From Eledone cirrhosa (Eukaryota): 64,000 bases of DNA. Shown here piece after piece: positions 46,833 through 56,838 of this stretch (position 1 is the first letter of the stretch; each line of letters begins with the position of its first letter). The DNA lies in NCBI GenBank assembly GCA_964016885.1, contig OZ024745.1, positions 56,978,001 to 57,042,000 of the forward strand, in the 5' to 3' direction. The notes beneath the pieces were generated by a model, which worked only from the letters and a program-made list of their open reading frames with translations, searched no databases and had not been told where the DNA came from. Position numbers and translations under genes: made by a program.

Positions 46833-47761
46833 TATATATATATATATATATATACTAGCAGTGGTACCCGGCGTTGCACGGGATAAGGTATTTTGGAACG
46901 CTGCCGCCAACAGACCTAATATATATATATATATATAACAGACCTATATACATAAATGTATTTCCATATGCATTTGAATATAAATCCTTGTAGATTATAT
47001 TAATTATAACGCCCTTAAAACAATTATAATCTACAGACGTGGGTGACTCACCTAAAACACTAGTGCTTCACATCTTATTATGTGGAAAGTCAGTTGGTCC
47101 TGCAAATTAGTCCTGTGATCATATAGTTAGTTTTACCTCTAATTCAAAACATGTCATTTACAGATATCTTTTCCTCTGGCTACAAATTACTAATAGCCAA
47201 CGATCGAATTGCTCTAAATAATATTTTTTCCTTTATTGATTGCTATTTAATTCTTTCCGAGGAAAATGAGTGTCTTAATTGGCAAGAGTTCGACATAATT
47301 TATTTTTATTATACACATATCATTTTCAATCATTATTTAATTGAAAACAGCCGATTCATCACTTCTTTCTCAGTCCTAACAGATGACACAGTAAGAACTT
47401 GGATATAATGTGCAAATAACGAAATAGATAGTCCCTACTTAGCTTTCATCAAAGCTAGATAATTATTCAGTGAATACGTCAGACGGAATAAATCCATAGA
47501 TTTCAAATCACAATTAAATTAGCACAAATTATCCTTATATCTGTAGCTTGGTGGTAGATGCTATGTTCCCATTCCGCAGTCAATACATAACAGTATTGTT
47601 GTTCCAGATTTATATATCAACGTCAATAAGGCTTAAAGACTATTTACCTTTAAGATATCTACCAAGATATTCTCTCCACCGTTATTTTCTTTTTCAGTCT
47701 ATTGAATACACTCTACTCGTGATTGGCTTCTTCCCGTTTATTTGGTGAGAGGAAATTCAAA

Positions 47762-47806
<45 letters not shown>

Positions 47807-47813
47807 ATATATA

Positions 47814-47935
<122 letters not shown>

Positions 47936-47955
47936 AATTTACGTTTACATATATA

Positions 47956-49089
47956 TTGAGTTGGACAGGAAATTCCTGCCGTTCTTCAAAATGAGTTATT
48001 TTGGTTGAGTTTTCTGGAAATTATGAAGGTTGTGCATCACCAAATATAGGAAATGCGACGGTGGTATGCATTATGTACATTTCTCATTTTCTGTTACACC
48101 GTCAAAGGATCTATCAGAATAATGTATCCGTGGCTGTTGACTTTTGATTTGATTTCAAATCTGGCCCTAGCGCCGTAGCATCAATCGCCTCATTAACAGT
48201 GCATTTTGGTCACGCAACATGTCTGAACGCAGTGCCAGGGACTGGTGAGCACGCTACCGTTCCGGTGATTACAGCCTTGAGTATCGACCTAGCGCAGGAT
48301 GTCCCTCTGATTTTAATGACGAGCAAATGCTAGTGGAAGCCGATCTACACCAGACATCACCTCAACTCTCCGAGGTTGCATGCAATAGGGCCGGTGTCCT
48401 AGCTGGGATAAGGATTGTCCCAACATTTGACTGACGTTAATCATAAATTTCGAGTGACAGCTGCGAATTCTCTACTCTCCGACCAATTGGTTGCTTTCCA
48501 TTGTCACTTGTGCTGCAAAATGGTGTCGCGTTCAAGTAATCGTGAGTTTATAAACAGCTTGCGCCAAAATGACAGGAAAATGCTGACCTCCATCCTCGCA
48601 AAGCCCTAATGTGTAACTGGTGTGATTGGGATGGTGTCATCCACTACGAGCTGCTAAAACCGAACACCAGCATAGCCTCTGCAGTCTATTTCCAACAACT
48701 TGGTAGATTAGCGACGAAAATTTCATAGGTGCATATACATCAAGGATGACTTGTTAAATGCTTCAGGAGCTAGAGTGTGTCGTTCTTCGCCACCCGCTTT
48801 ATTCTCCGGCATTTGCGCCTAGAGAATAGCGCCCTTTTCTATCAATGAGCAATGCAATGCCATCAAGATTTTTCGTCATTGAAGACCAGTTAAATCAACG
48901 GCTGTCAGAATTATTTGCGTTGAAGCCAGAAGGTTTCCACAGTGGTGGAATCATGTGCCTTCATAAATGATGACAGACGCTAATTGAAAATGATGGCGAT
49001 TATTTTGACTCATAACATTTTCTTAATGCAGAAAAACTCCAAAATCAATATTCGTTTGAAAAACGGCAAGAACTATCTCTCCAATCTAA
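47956..49089 (+). mobile_element. Decayed mariner DNA transposon
   Basis: Imperfect ~35-bp TIRs (ttgagttggacaggaaattcctgccgttcttcaaa / tttgaaaaacggcaagaactatctctccaatctaa) with TA at both ends. Transposase traces WDGVIHYELL and HPLYSPAFAP (YSPDLAP motif). Confidence 0.85.
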
Positions 49090-49336
49090 TACACACACAC
49101 ACCCACCCACACCCACACCCACACACACATACACATATACACACACAAACACACACACATATATATATATACACACATATATATATTATATATATACATA
49201 TATATAATATTATAATATAAAATTAAATCGAATTATTTAACACTACAAGTGAAGTCATTCTTTTCCTTTTTTTCAAATATACCTAACTGTACCAAGGATC
49301 TCACACATTTTCAAATAGACGCATATACATACTGTA

Positions 49337-49383
<47 letters not shown>

Positions 49384-49430
49384 ACCTACATATATATATA
49401 TATATATATATATATGGGTGTGTGTGATCG

Positions 49431-49463
<33 letters not shown>

Positions 49464-49793
49464 TTTTATATACTTATTTGCATATATACTAATATATCTA
49501 ATTCCGTCTGTGACTAGAGTTGTTTTTAGAGTTAGCTGAGTGAGTCCTGTAACGGTAAGACATTGAATTGCCTCATATATGACAGAGAGGTATTTAACAA
49601 GGTTTAGTGTCTGTAGTACGTATGGCATGCACATTTTAATATTTCAGAAGAATGTTTTACTAATTCGTGGACCACTTTATTGACAGAACTGTTTGACAAA
49701 CACTCAGGTTCCTTTTCCTCCTTCTCTTCATCAATAACTAGGAATATGCATGCAGGTATGTATGTTTGTGTATGTGTGTATGTTTGTATGTAT

Positions 49794-50172
49794 AATTTTG
49801 AGGACAGACGCATAGAGAACGAGAAGATCAAACGGGATGTGCGTAAGCAATGACCTGGTGTATCTCTCGAAACGATCGGTGTCTCCATTGAATTGAAGTA
49901 CCCTGAGTGTGGAATGATTTGCTTGAGCAAATCTGGTCTCAGGAGCCACAGTCGCAGCCATGTTCAAAGAGAACCAGTGAACTATGATCTCCACGGTGTT
50001 GTGAGGGTTCACAGGCAACATGATTCAGGACCTCAAGGCAGGGAGGTCCATTGTTGTCGTCAGTGTGCGAAGGAGTGCAAGTCTCTAGTAGTCTGGAAAA
50101 GCCATATCCGAGCGTCACACATCTGAATCTGAGAAGCGATTGCAATACTCTTGGCAGAGATTGCAGCCATCA
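49794..50172 (+). mobile_element. RTE LINE 3' end with C-terminal C2H2-like fingers
   Basis: YPECGMICLSKSGLRSHSRSH and CRQCAKECKSLVVWKSHIRASH, then the 3' end gcaatactc..gcagccatcat. Confidence 0.6.
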
Positions 50173-50447
50173 TGTATCTGTGTATGTAGTTATGTATATA
50201 TATGTGCATTTATGAATGTTTGTATGCATGTATATATTGATAGATCAATTGGTTGAAGTATATCATTGTGCATACAATTAGACATGACTATATAAAAAAG
50301 AAGTACACACATAAAAGTACAACCACAAAAAAACCGCATTTCCTTATATATCTTTAAAGATAATATTTACGTTGTATAAACATATGTTCCTCCCTTTCAT
50401 TACAGTCTTTAACATAATGTATTAAGAACGCACATTGAATAGAATTA

Positions 50448-50489
50448 TCTATATATCTTAAACAGACAATGTCTGTCTATATGCCTGCC

Positions 50490-50553
<64 letters not shown>

Positions 50554-50780
50554 AGCTCCCTATAACTCGAGAACCACACAACGAATTGTTTTCAAACTTC
50601 ACACATGTAATACTTATGGTCCTGTGAGTGTTTTGAGAAAAAAATGATTTCAATGCCCTAGGGACCGCATTAGGCGATTTAGCGATCTCTCTCTATAATT
50701 CTTAGTCTTTCTTTTTAGATAGATACATAGAGATAACGTTGCGCTCTTATAATATCTGTCTGTATGTCTGGCTGTCAGCA
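50448..50780 (+). mobile_element. 5' part of a second non-autonomous Helitron (3' end probably at 56265-56292)
   Basis: TC start, (GTCT)n and a block nearly identical to 46050-46175. Matching terminus cccatgcaacgccggg..CTAG|T at 56292. Confidence 0.55.
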
Positions 50781-50837
50781 TTACGACATTATGATGCTGT
50801 GTGTGTATATAAATATATATATGTATATGTATAGTGT

Positions 50838-50897
<60 letters not shown>

Positions 50898-51042
50898 ATA
50901 CTTTGGGAGGGTCATGTTGCCAATAAGAAACACACGCACCAGTTGCTTTCACTTCAATTTATTATAATAAATTTATAAATTTAGGAATTTATAAATTTCT
51001 GGTTGGGTGGTTGGTTCCACAACCAGATAGTTGTTTATATAT

Positions 51043-51087
51043 AGTCATAGTTCTTTCGTCACACACTCTGTGACCTCTTCAGTGACT
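51043..51087 (-). ncRNA. Hammerhead ribozyme in the 3' pLTR
   Basis: Same fold as 5594-5638 (CUA triplet). Variant copies with a CUU triplet at 55124-55166 (-) and 55557-55599 (+). Confidence 0.75.
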
Positions 51088-51133
51088 GGGGATTCTTTTC
51101 TTTGCTTTTGTGTCTCTCCTTTGTTCTGTCCTA

Positions 51134-51191
51134 CGCCATTTTGTTTCTGTGTATGTGTTGTGTGCTCAGTCTGCGCATGCGCCACATCCGG
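51134..51191 (-). promoter_or_regulatory. Candidate pLTR promoter: ETS-like, NRF1-like and YY1-like motifs
   Basis: The sense strand reads CCGGATGT-g-GCGCATGCGCA-(28 nt)-CAAAATGGCG. Motif match only. Confidence 0.4.
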
Positions 51192-51287
51192 GTGTCTGTG
51201 TGTGTTTATGTTCATTTATTTATTTGTTTATTTGCATGTTACTGGTTGGTTGTTTGTTCTGTGTGTGTGTGTGTTTTCATTTTGTCC

Positions 51288-54200
51288 TTAATTGTAAGTT
51301 GTGATGTTGCTGTTCCACTCATATATTCTATTTAATTTTGCTTGTAATTCTTTTATGTTTATTGCCTCTGTGATTTGTCTAAACATTGCGTCTTTTCTGT
51401 GTGTAGATTCTATTTTTATTTCTATGTTCTCTAATTTACCCTTGTGTTCTATTTTAGCATGTTGGTAGAGTACAGATGATTCTTTACTATCTTGAAGGTC
51501 TCGCCAGTGTTCATTTATCCGTTCCCCTACACTACGAGCTGTCTCACCTATGTACACTATATTTTTGTCTCTACATTGTCCTTCAGTACATCTTATGCTA
51601 TACACTGCATTTCTAGTTTTACAGTTAATATGGGGGCTTATTTTACAGGTTATACATTTCTTATCTATACATGAGGGTCTTTGAAAAGGGTATGTCTTGC
51701 TAATAAGTGTTTTTACGGAGGTACCTGGTCTTTCTACTATCTTAATATTGAGTTTATGTTTATCTAGGGCCCTTCTAAATTTGTAAGCTAATTCACCTCT
51801 AGGGGTTGTATCGATGAACATTACACTCTGGTATTTATTGCTATCATACCATGAGTTTATTCTATTAGCCTTATTCCTAGTTCTTTCTATTCTATTCCAA
51901 AATTTGCTCCTATACAAGGGACAGGTCCCATTTATGTCATTATTTACCATTTTTTCCCATTTGGTTCTGGCTCCTCTATACACTCTGATTTTTTCTCTCT
52001 GATTGTAACCAGAGAACTGCATACTGTGGATGAAATGTTGTATGTGTCTCTCTAGTTCTTCGGGGTTGCACACGCGGGACACATTTCTCATCACCCGTAC
52101 CAAATCCGCAATCAGTATGTTGATTTTGGTATGGTCAGAAACAGCCGAGTTTCGGTGGATCAGATGTTTGGAAGTCATGGGTTTGGCATAATGGGAATGG
52201 AGGATTTGTTTTTTGTTATTAATGGTATCTAACCAAAGCTCTGTGTCTAGTACAGGTAATCGATGGTTGGGGTGTTTACTTGGGTAGTCTATAGTAACTC
52301 TAATAATCTGGTGGATGGATTTAGCTATTTGCTGGATGCTTTCCATTGTGTTTTTCTCTAGTTCCTGACTGTTCTCTAGTGGGGGTGTCTTAACTACAAT
52401 GTTTATATCATCAACGTAGCGGGGGTACATTATCAGGGTTAAGGGGTGTTCTAATTGTTCTTTAAGTTTAAGTTTAAGTCTACTGGCCCACCATACCATG
52501 AATAAGTTAGCTATGTCACCTGCAATGCTAACACCAATGGCTGCTCCTTCCTCTTGGGCATATGTTTTTCCATTAAATTTGAACATATGTTCCTTAAGGG
52601 TTAGTTTTATGCTGGCCCCTACCGCATGTGCAATCATTTTCTTGAGTTCATCCTGGTTTTCGGGTGTCCGTATGGCTCTGGTCCACCCGTTCCATCTATC
52701 TGTGTGGGTTTTCTGGGTCATTGCGGTAATGGTAGGTGGTCTGCCTCTTGCTGGTCTTGTAGGGCACAGGTTGCTAAGGTCATATGTGTCTAGGTAATTA
52801 TTACAATAGGTAAGTTTAAGTAGGAGTCCCAGCTCACTGGTATCAATATCACGGAACTCAACATTGCTCTCACTGATCATTTCTACGCATTTCTCCACAG
52901 CAAAATCCACGTCAATAGATGGATACAGGGAAAAAACATCCATACTACCTATTATGCAGTTTGTTAGGTCCCTAGATCGGTTACTCTCGCCGATTCTGCT
53001 GAGGAGGTCCTCCGTGCTGTCACATACATCTGGGGACATTTCAATGATGGGGCGTATGATCAGGGAGAGGAAGTAGGACAGTCTGTAGTTACTAGCAATG
53101 TTAGCTCCACAGACTGGCCGTGTTGGTGGTCCCGTGACAGGGTCACTGCCCGTTTTATGGTCTTTTCGAAGCCCATACAACGCCGGCACGTCATTGTTCC
53201 AGGCCTGGAAGTTGTTGGCAGTCCTTTTGTTGGGCTGCATTATATTCGTCCACAACACCATATGGGCATTGAGGGCTTTTTCTCTATCCTCATGCTCTTG
53301 TGGTGTTACCTCTCTTGTGTTAGTGATGTGGGGTTGCATTGCATGGATGTAGTTTGGCAGGCTGTCAACCGAAATTCTGCCAGAATTGTCTGTTGGAAAG
53401 CATGCTGTCTCTCCATTACGCGAGCGCTGCATGAGCTTACCCAAGCCATTTGCAGATTTTTCTCCCAGTTGCTGGGCCTTCATTCTATTATGCTTCTTGC
53501 TATACTGTTCTATAATATTTCTAAGTTCAGATCTAGCTATACTAAATTGTGCTTCTGTTTGTTCATCGACCTGCGACGGCAATTGCGTGCGTTTGTTAAA
53601 TGGTAACGTGGTGGCGTGGACTCGTCGCAGATCGAACGATTTATCGGAGGGATTATAAAAATTAGAGTTCCAGGCTGCTGCTTTATGTGTACTAGTGCTA
53701 TTGTTATTGTTAGTTGTGTTGTTTCTATTTCTATTTCCACCAACAGCCTCATGGTTGTTTCTATGTCTCTCATAATTACTCCTGTCTCTTTCCACTGGCT
53801 CATTGTTGTTATCTACCCTATTTTGTGTGTCTGTGTGTTCGCCTTGGTTATTTTCTTTGTCCTTAGTCTCCCTTGTCCTTTTAATCCTATTACTTTCCCT
53901 TATTTCTATGATTTCTTTGCTACTGTCATTAATTGTTTTCTGTGTTTGTGTGTTTGTTAAGATTGTGGTGGTGGTGAGAGGCATTGAATGTGTGTGTGTT
54001 GTTGTTGTTGATGTGTGCTGTTGTTGATGTGTGTTGTTGTTGTTGTCTCCGTGTGTGTTATTATTGTTGTGTGTGTTGTTATTGTTGTTTGTGTCTGCGT
54101 GTCTGTTGTTGTTGTTTCTGGGTATGTTATTATTGTTGTTGTTGTTGTTGGTGTGTGCGTTGTTGTTATTGTTGTTTGTGTCTGTGTGTCTGTTGTTGTT

Positions 54201-55019
54201 GGGATGTGTGTTGTATATGTGTGTGCGTATATTGTTACTTTTGTTTTTGTTTTTGTTTTTGAGGCTCCAACGTAATTTTGTAAATGATTTTTCTATTTCT
54301 GACAGACGACTAATCATATTTACCTTCTTGAATGTCGCAAATTTCGGTGGTAGAAGTAATACAGATAACTCATCGTCATCTATTGCCGTGTTGCCGTATA
54401 TATTTGTGTTGTTGTTGTTGTTGAACTCATCTGTTAATGAGGTGTCGGCCATATTTATACCGTCAATTTTGTCGGGATATCTATTGGTATTCTCTACAGT
54501 ATCCTGATTTAGCTTTATCTGCTTAAGCCATTTTAGTTTCTTCTTAAAGTGCATATCACATTCTTGAGTAATGTACTGTTCTTCAGGACGTATAAGGCTT
54601 ATAAATATTAGTTTCTCTCTTGGTGTGGTGATCCTAGCTATTTCTTGTATTAGGTTACGCTTATGTTTTTCTTGATGACTTAATTCTCTATAGATCTTCT
54701 TTTTTATGTTTAGAATTAGTGTTCGTTTTAGCCTATCTGCTTGTTTTTTGGTGAGTTGTAATCTTCTTACGTCGGTGTTGATGGTGTTGGTGTAAACCCG
54801 GGACGAGGCACATTCTTTTATGAAGTGTAGTTGTCGAGATGTTATGGTTTTTTGTAGACAACAGAACATGGTGGTTTTCAGTATCTTGTTAGCCTGGCTA
54901 AGGCTTACGATATTTCGTTTCTGAATTTGTTTAGCAAGATTCTTTATCTGAAATCGTTTGTTGAAACCGATATTGTTATACTTTGGGAGGGTCATGTTGC
55001 CAATAAGAAACACACGCAC
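51288..55019 (-). CDS. PLE polyprotein: reverse transcriptase + Cys-rich linker + GIY-YIG endonuclease
   Basis: Uninterrupted 1243 aa with LYGLRKDHK, SMDVFSLYPSI, QEEGAAIG, RYVDD, LPVLD, CIDKKCITC..C and VYSIRC..YIGETARS..ER..EH. The true start is uncertain (GTG 55019 or a downstream ATG). Confidence 0.95.
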   Translation of the reverse strand: MRVFLIGNMTLPKYNNIGFNKRFQIKNLAKQIQKRNIVSLSQANKILKTTMFCCLQKTITSRQLHFIKECASSRVYTNTINTDVRRLQLTKKQADRLKRTLILNIKKKIYRELSHQEKHKRNLIQEIARITTPREKLIFISLIRPEEQYITQECDMHFKKKLKWLKQIKLNQDTVENTNRYPDKIDGINMADTSLTDEFNNNNNTNIYGNTAIDDDELSVLLLPPKFATFKKVNMISRLSEIEKSFTKLRWSLKNKNKNKSNNIRTHIYNTHPNNNRHTDTNNNNNNAHTNNNNNNNNIPRNNNNRHADTNNNNNTHNNNNTHGDNNNNTHQQQHTSTTTTHTHSMPLTTTTILTNTQTQKTINDSSKEIIEIRESNRIKRTRETKDKENNQGEHTDTQNRVDNNNEPVERDRSNYERHRNNHEAVGGNRNRNNTTNNNNSTSTHKAAAWNSNFYNPSDKSFDLRRVHATTLPFNKRTQLPSQVDEQTEAQFSIARSELRNIIEQYSKKHNRMKAQQLGEKSANGLGKLMQRSRNGETACFPTDNSGRISVDSLPNYIHAMQPHITNTREVTPQEHEDREKALNAHMVLWTNIMQPNKRTANNFQAWNNDVPALYGLRKDHKTGSDPVTGPPTRPVCGANIASNYRLSYFLSLIIRPIIEMSPDVCDSTEDLLSRIGESNRSRDLTNCIIGSMDVFSLYPSIDVDFAVEKCVEMISESNVEFRDIDTSELGLLLKLTYCNNYLDTYDLSNLCPTRPARGRPPTITAMTQKTHTDRWNGWTRAIRTPENQDELKKMIAHAVGASIKLTLKEHMFKFNGKTYAQEEGAAIGVSIAGDIANLFMVWWASRLKLKLKEQLEHPLTLIMYPRYVDDINIVVKTPPLENSQELEKNTMESIQQIAKSIHQIIRVTIDYPSKHPNHRLPVLDTELWLDTINNKKQILHSHYAKPMTSKHLIHRNSAVSDHTKINILIADLVRVMRNVSRVCNPEELERHIQHFIHSMQFSGYNQREKIRVYRGARTKWEKMVNNDINGTCPLYRSKFWNRIERTRNKANRINSWYDSNKYQSVMFIDTTPRGELAYKFRRALDKHKLNIKIVERPGTSVKTLISKTYPFQRPSCIDKKCITCKISPHINCKTRNAVYSIRCTEGQCRDKNIVYIGETARSVGERINEHWRDLQDSKESSVLYQHAKIEHKGKLENIEIKIESTHRKDAMFRQITEAINIKELQAKLNRIYEWNSNITTYN

Positions 55020-55966
55020 CAGATGCTTTCACTTCAATTTATTATAATAAATTTATAAATTTAGGAATTTATAAATTTCTGGTTAGTTGGTTGGTTCCAC
55101 AACCAGATAGTTGTTTATATATTGTCAAAGTTCTTTCGTCACACATTCTGTGACCTCTTCAGTAACTGGGGATTCTTTTCTTTGTTTTTGTGCCTCTCCT
55201 TTGTTCTGTCCTACGCCATTTTGTTTCTGTGTGTGTGTTGTGTGCTCAGTCTGCGCATGTCCACACCCGGGAGTCTGTGTGTGTTTATGTTCATTTATTT
55301 ATTTGTTTATTTACATGTTACTAGTTGGTTGTTTGTTCTATAAATTTAGGAATTTGTAAATTGTTTTATAAATTGTTTTATAAATTGTTTTATAAATTTA
55401 GGAATTTATAAATTTCCGGTTGGTTGGTTCCATAATCAGATGGTTGTTTATATATTGTCAAAGTTCTTTCGTCACACATTCTGTGACCTCTTCATTTTTC
55501 AAAATGGCATAGAACAGAACAAAGGAGAGGCACAAAAACAAAGAAAAGAATCCCCAGTCACTGAAGAGGTCACAGAATGTGTGACGAAAGAACTTTGACA
55601 ATATATAAACAACCATCTGATTATGGAACCAACCAACCAACCGGAAATTTATAAATTCCTAAATTTATAAATGTATTATAATAAATTGAAGTGGAAGCAT
55701 TTGGTGCGTGTGTTTCTTATTGGCAACATGACCCTCCCAAAGTATAACAATATAGGTTTCAACACACGTTTTCAGATAAAGAATCTTGCTAAACAAATTC
55801 AGAAACGAAATATATATATATATACAAAATTAAGATAATTTATATGAATTTAATCTATTCTGGTCAACTTTATCTAGTTACCTACCTAGCTATGTGTGGT
55901 TACACACTCGTAAAAATTATCTCCTGTGATTATTCATATTTATATATATGTTACTCAATTTCTAGT

Positions 55967-56004
<38 letters not shown>

Positions 56005-56643
56005 TGTGTGTAACGTTTTTCGAAATATTTACTTATGCGTTCACAGATCGATTTTTTTTATTTCAGAAGATCCCTTTAAGGGTGAACGCAGCGATTCTTT
56101 GCTTAAACTTTAATCTGTTATTTTAAAATATATATATATATAATTATATATTCGTGTACAAATATTTTTGCATACACAATAACAAAATATAAACAAACGT
56201 ATTTAATTCACGAGGCTCGATAAGGATAAATATATATCAAATATATAAGAACCCTAGAGCAAATCCCATGCAACGCCGGGCCATTCTACTAGTATATACT
56301 AATATTTATATAAATATTACTATCAATATATATATGAAATTAATTATGTAAATTTTAATCTCATAGGACTCAGGTTGCGTTGTAGAATGGACGCTGATTT
56401 AAAAAGCTATTTGGATTACATAACTTGCATTGTTGTATTCCTTGGAATATTGTTCCAAATGGCTCAATGTGTAAATCCGTTGGCATTAGAATTCATCCTA
56501 CTAGGAAACAGCTTTCTCTCGACACATTGCTTAGCGACAGCATTTTCTTTACAATTAGGATCCACATCGTGTGGGGCTAATGCTTTAAAACATTTTCATT
56601 TTATAAACCTACGAAAAGTATATATGGAACTGGTGCACACACA

Positions 56644-56739
<96 letters not shown>

Positions 56740-56795
56740 CACACGCACACACATACACACACACACACATACACACACACACACATACATGCATC

Positions 56796-56833
<38 letters not shown>

Positions 56834-56838
<5 letters not shown>

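Larger units (their letters stand above)
50892..55811 (-). mobile_element. Penelope-like retroelement, Neptune-type, apparently full length
   Basis: 3' pLTR ~50892-51255, 5' direct pLTR ~54972-55335, extra partial direct copy ~55340-55493, inverted pLTR plus tail 55494-55811. (TA)n on both sides. Confidence 0.92.

Noticed and set aside
49893-50126. Host C2H2 zinc-finger gene
   Set aside because: The fingers are degenerate, there is an upstream in-frame stop, and an RTE-type 3' end follows immediately.
51492-54507. Plus-strand ORFs overlapping the PLE ORF
   Set aside because: Antisense shadows of the long coding frame.
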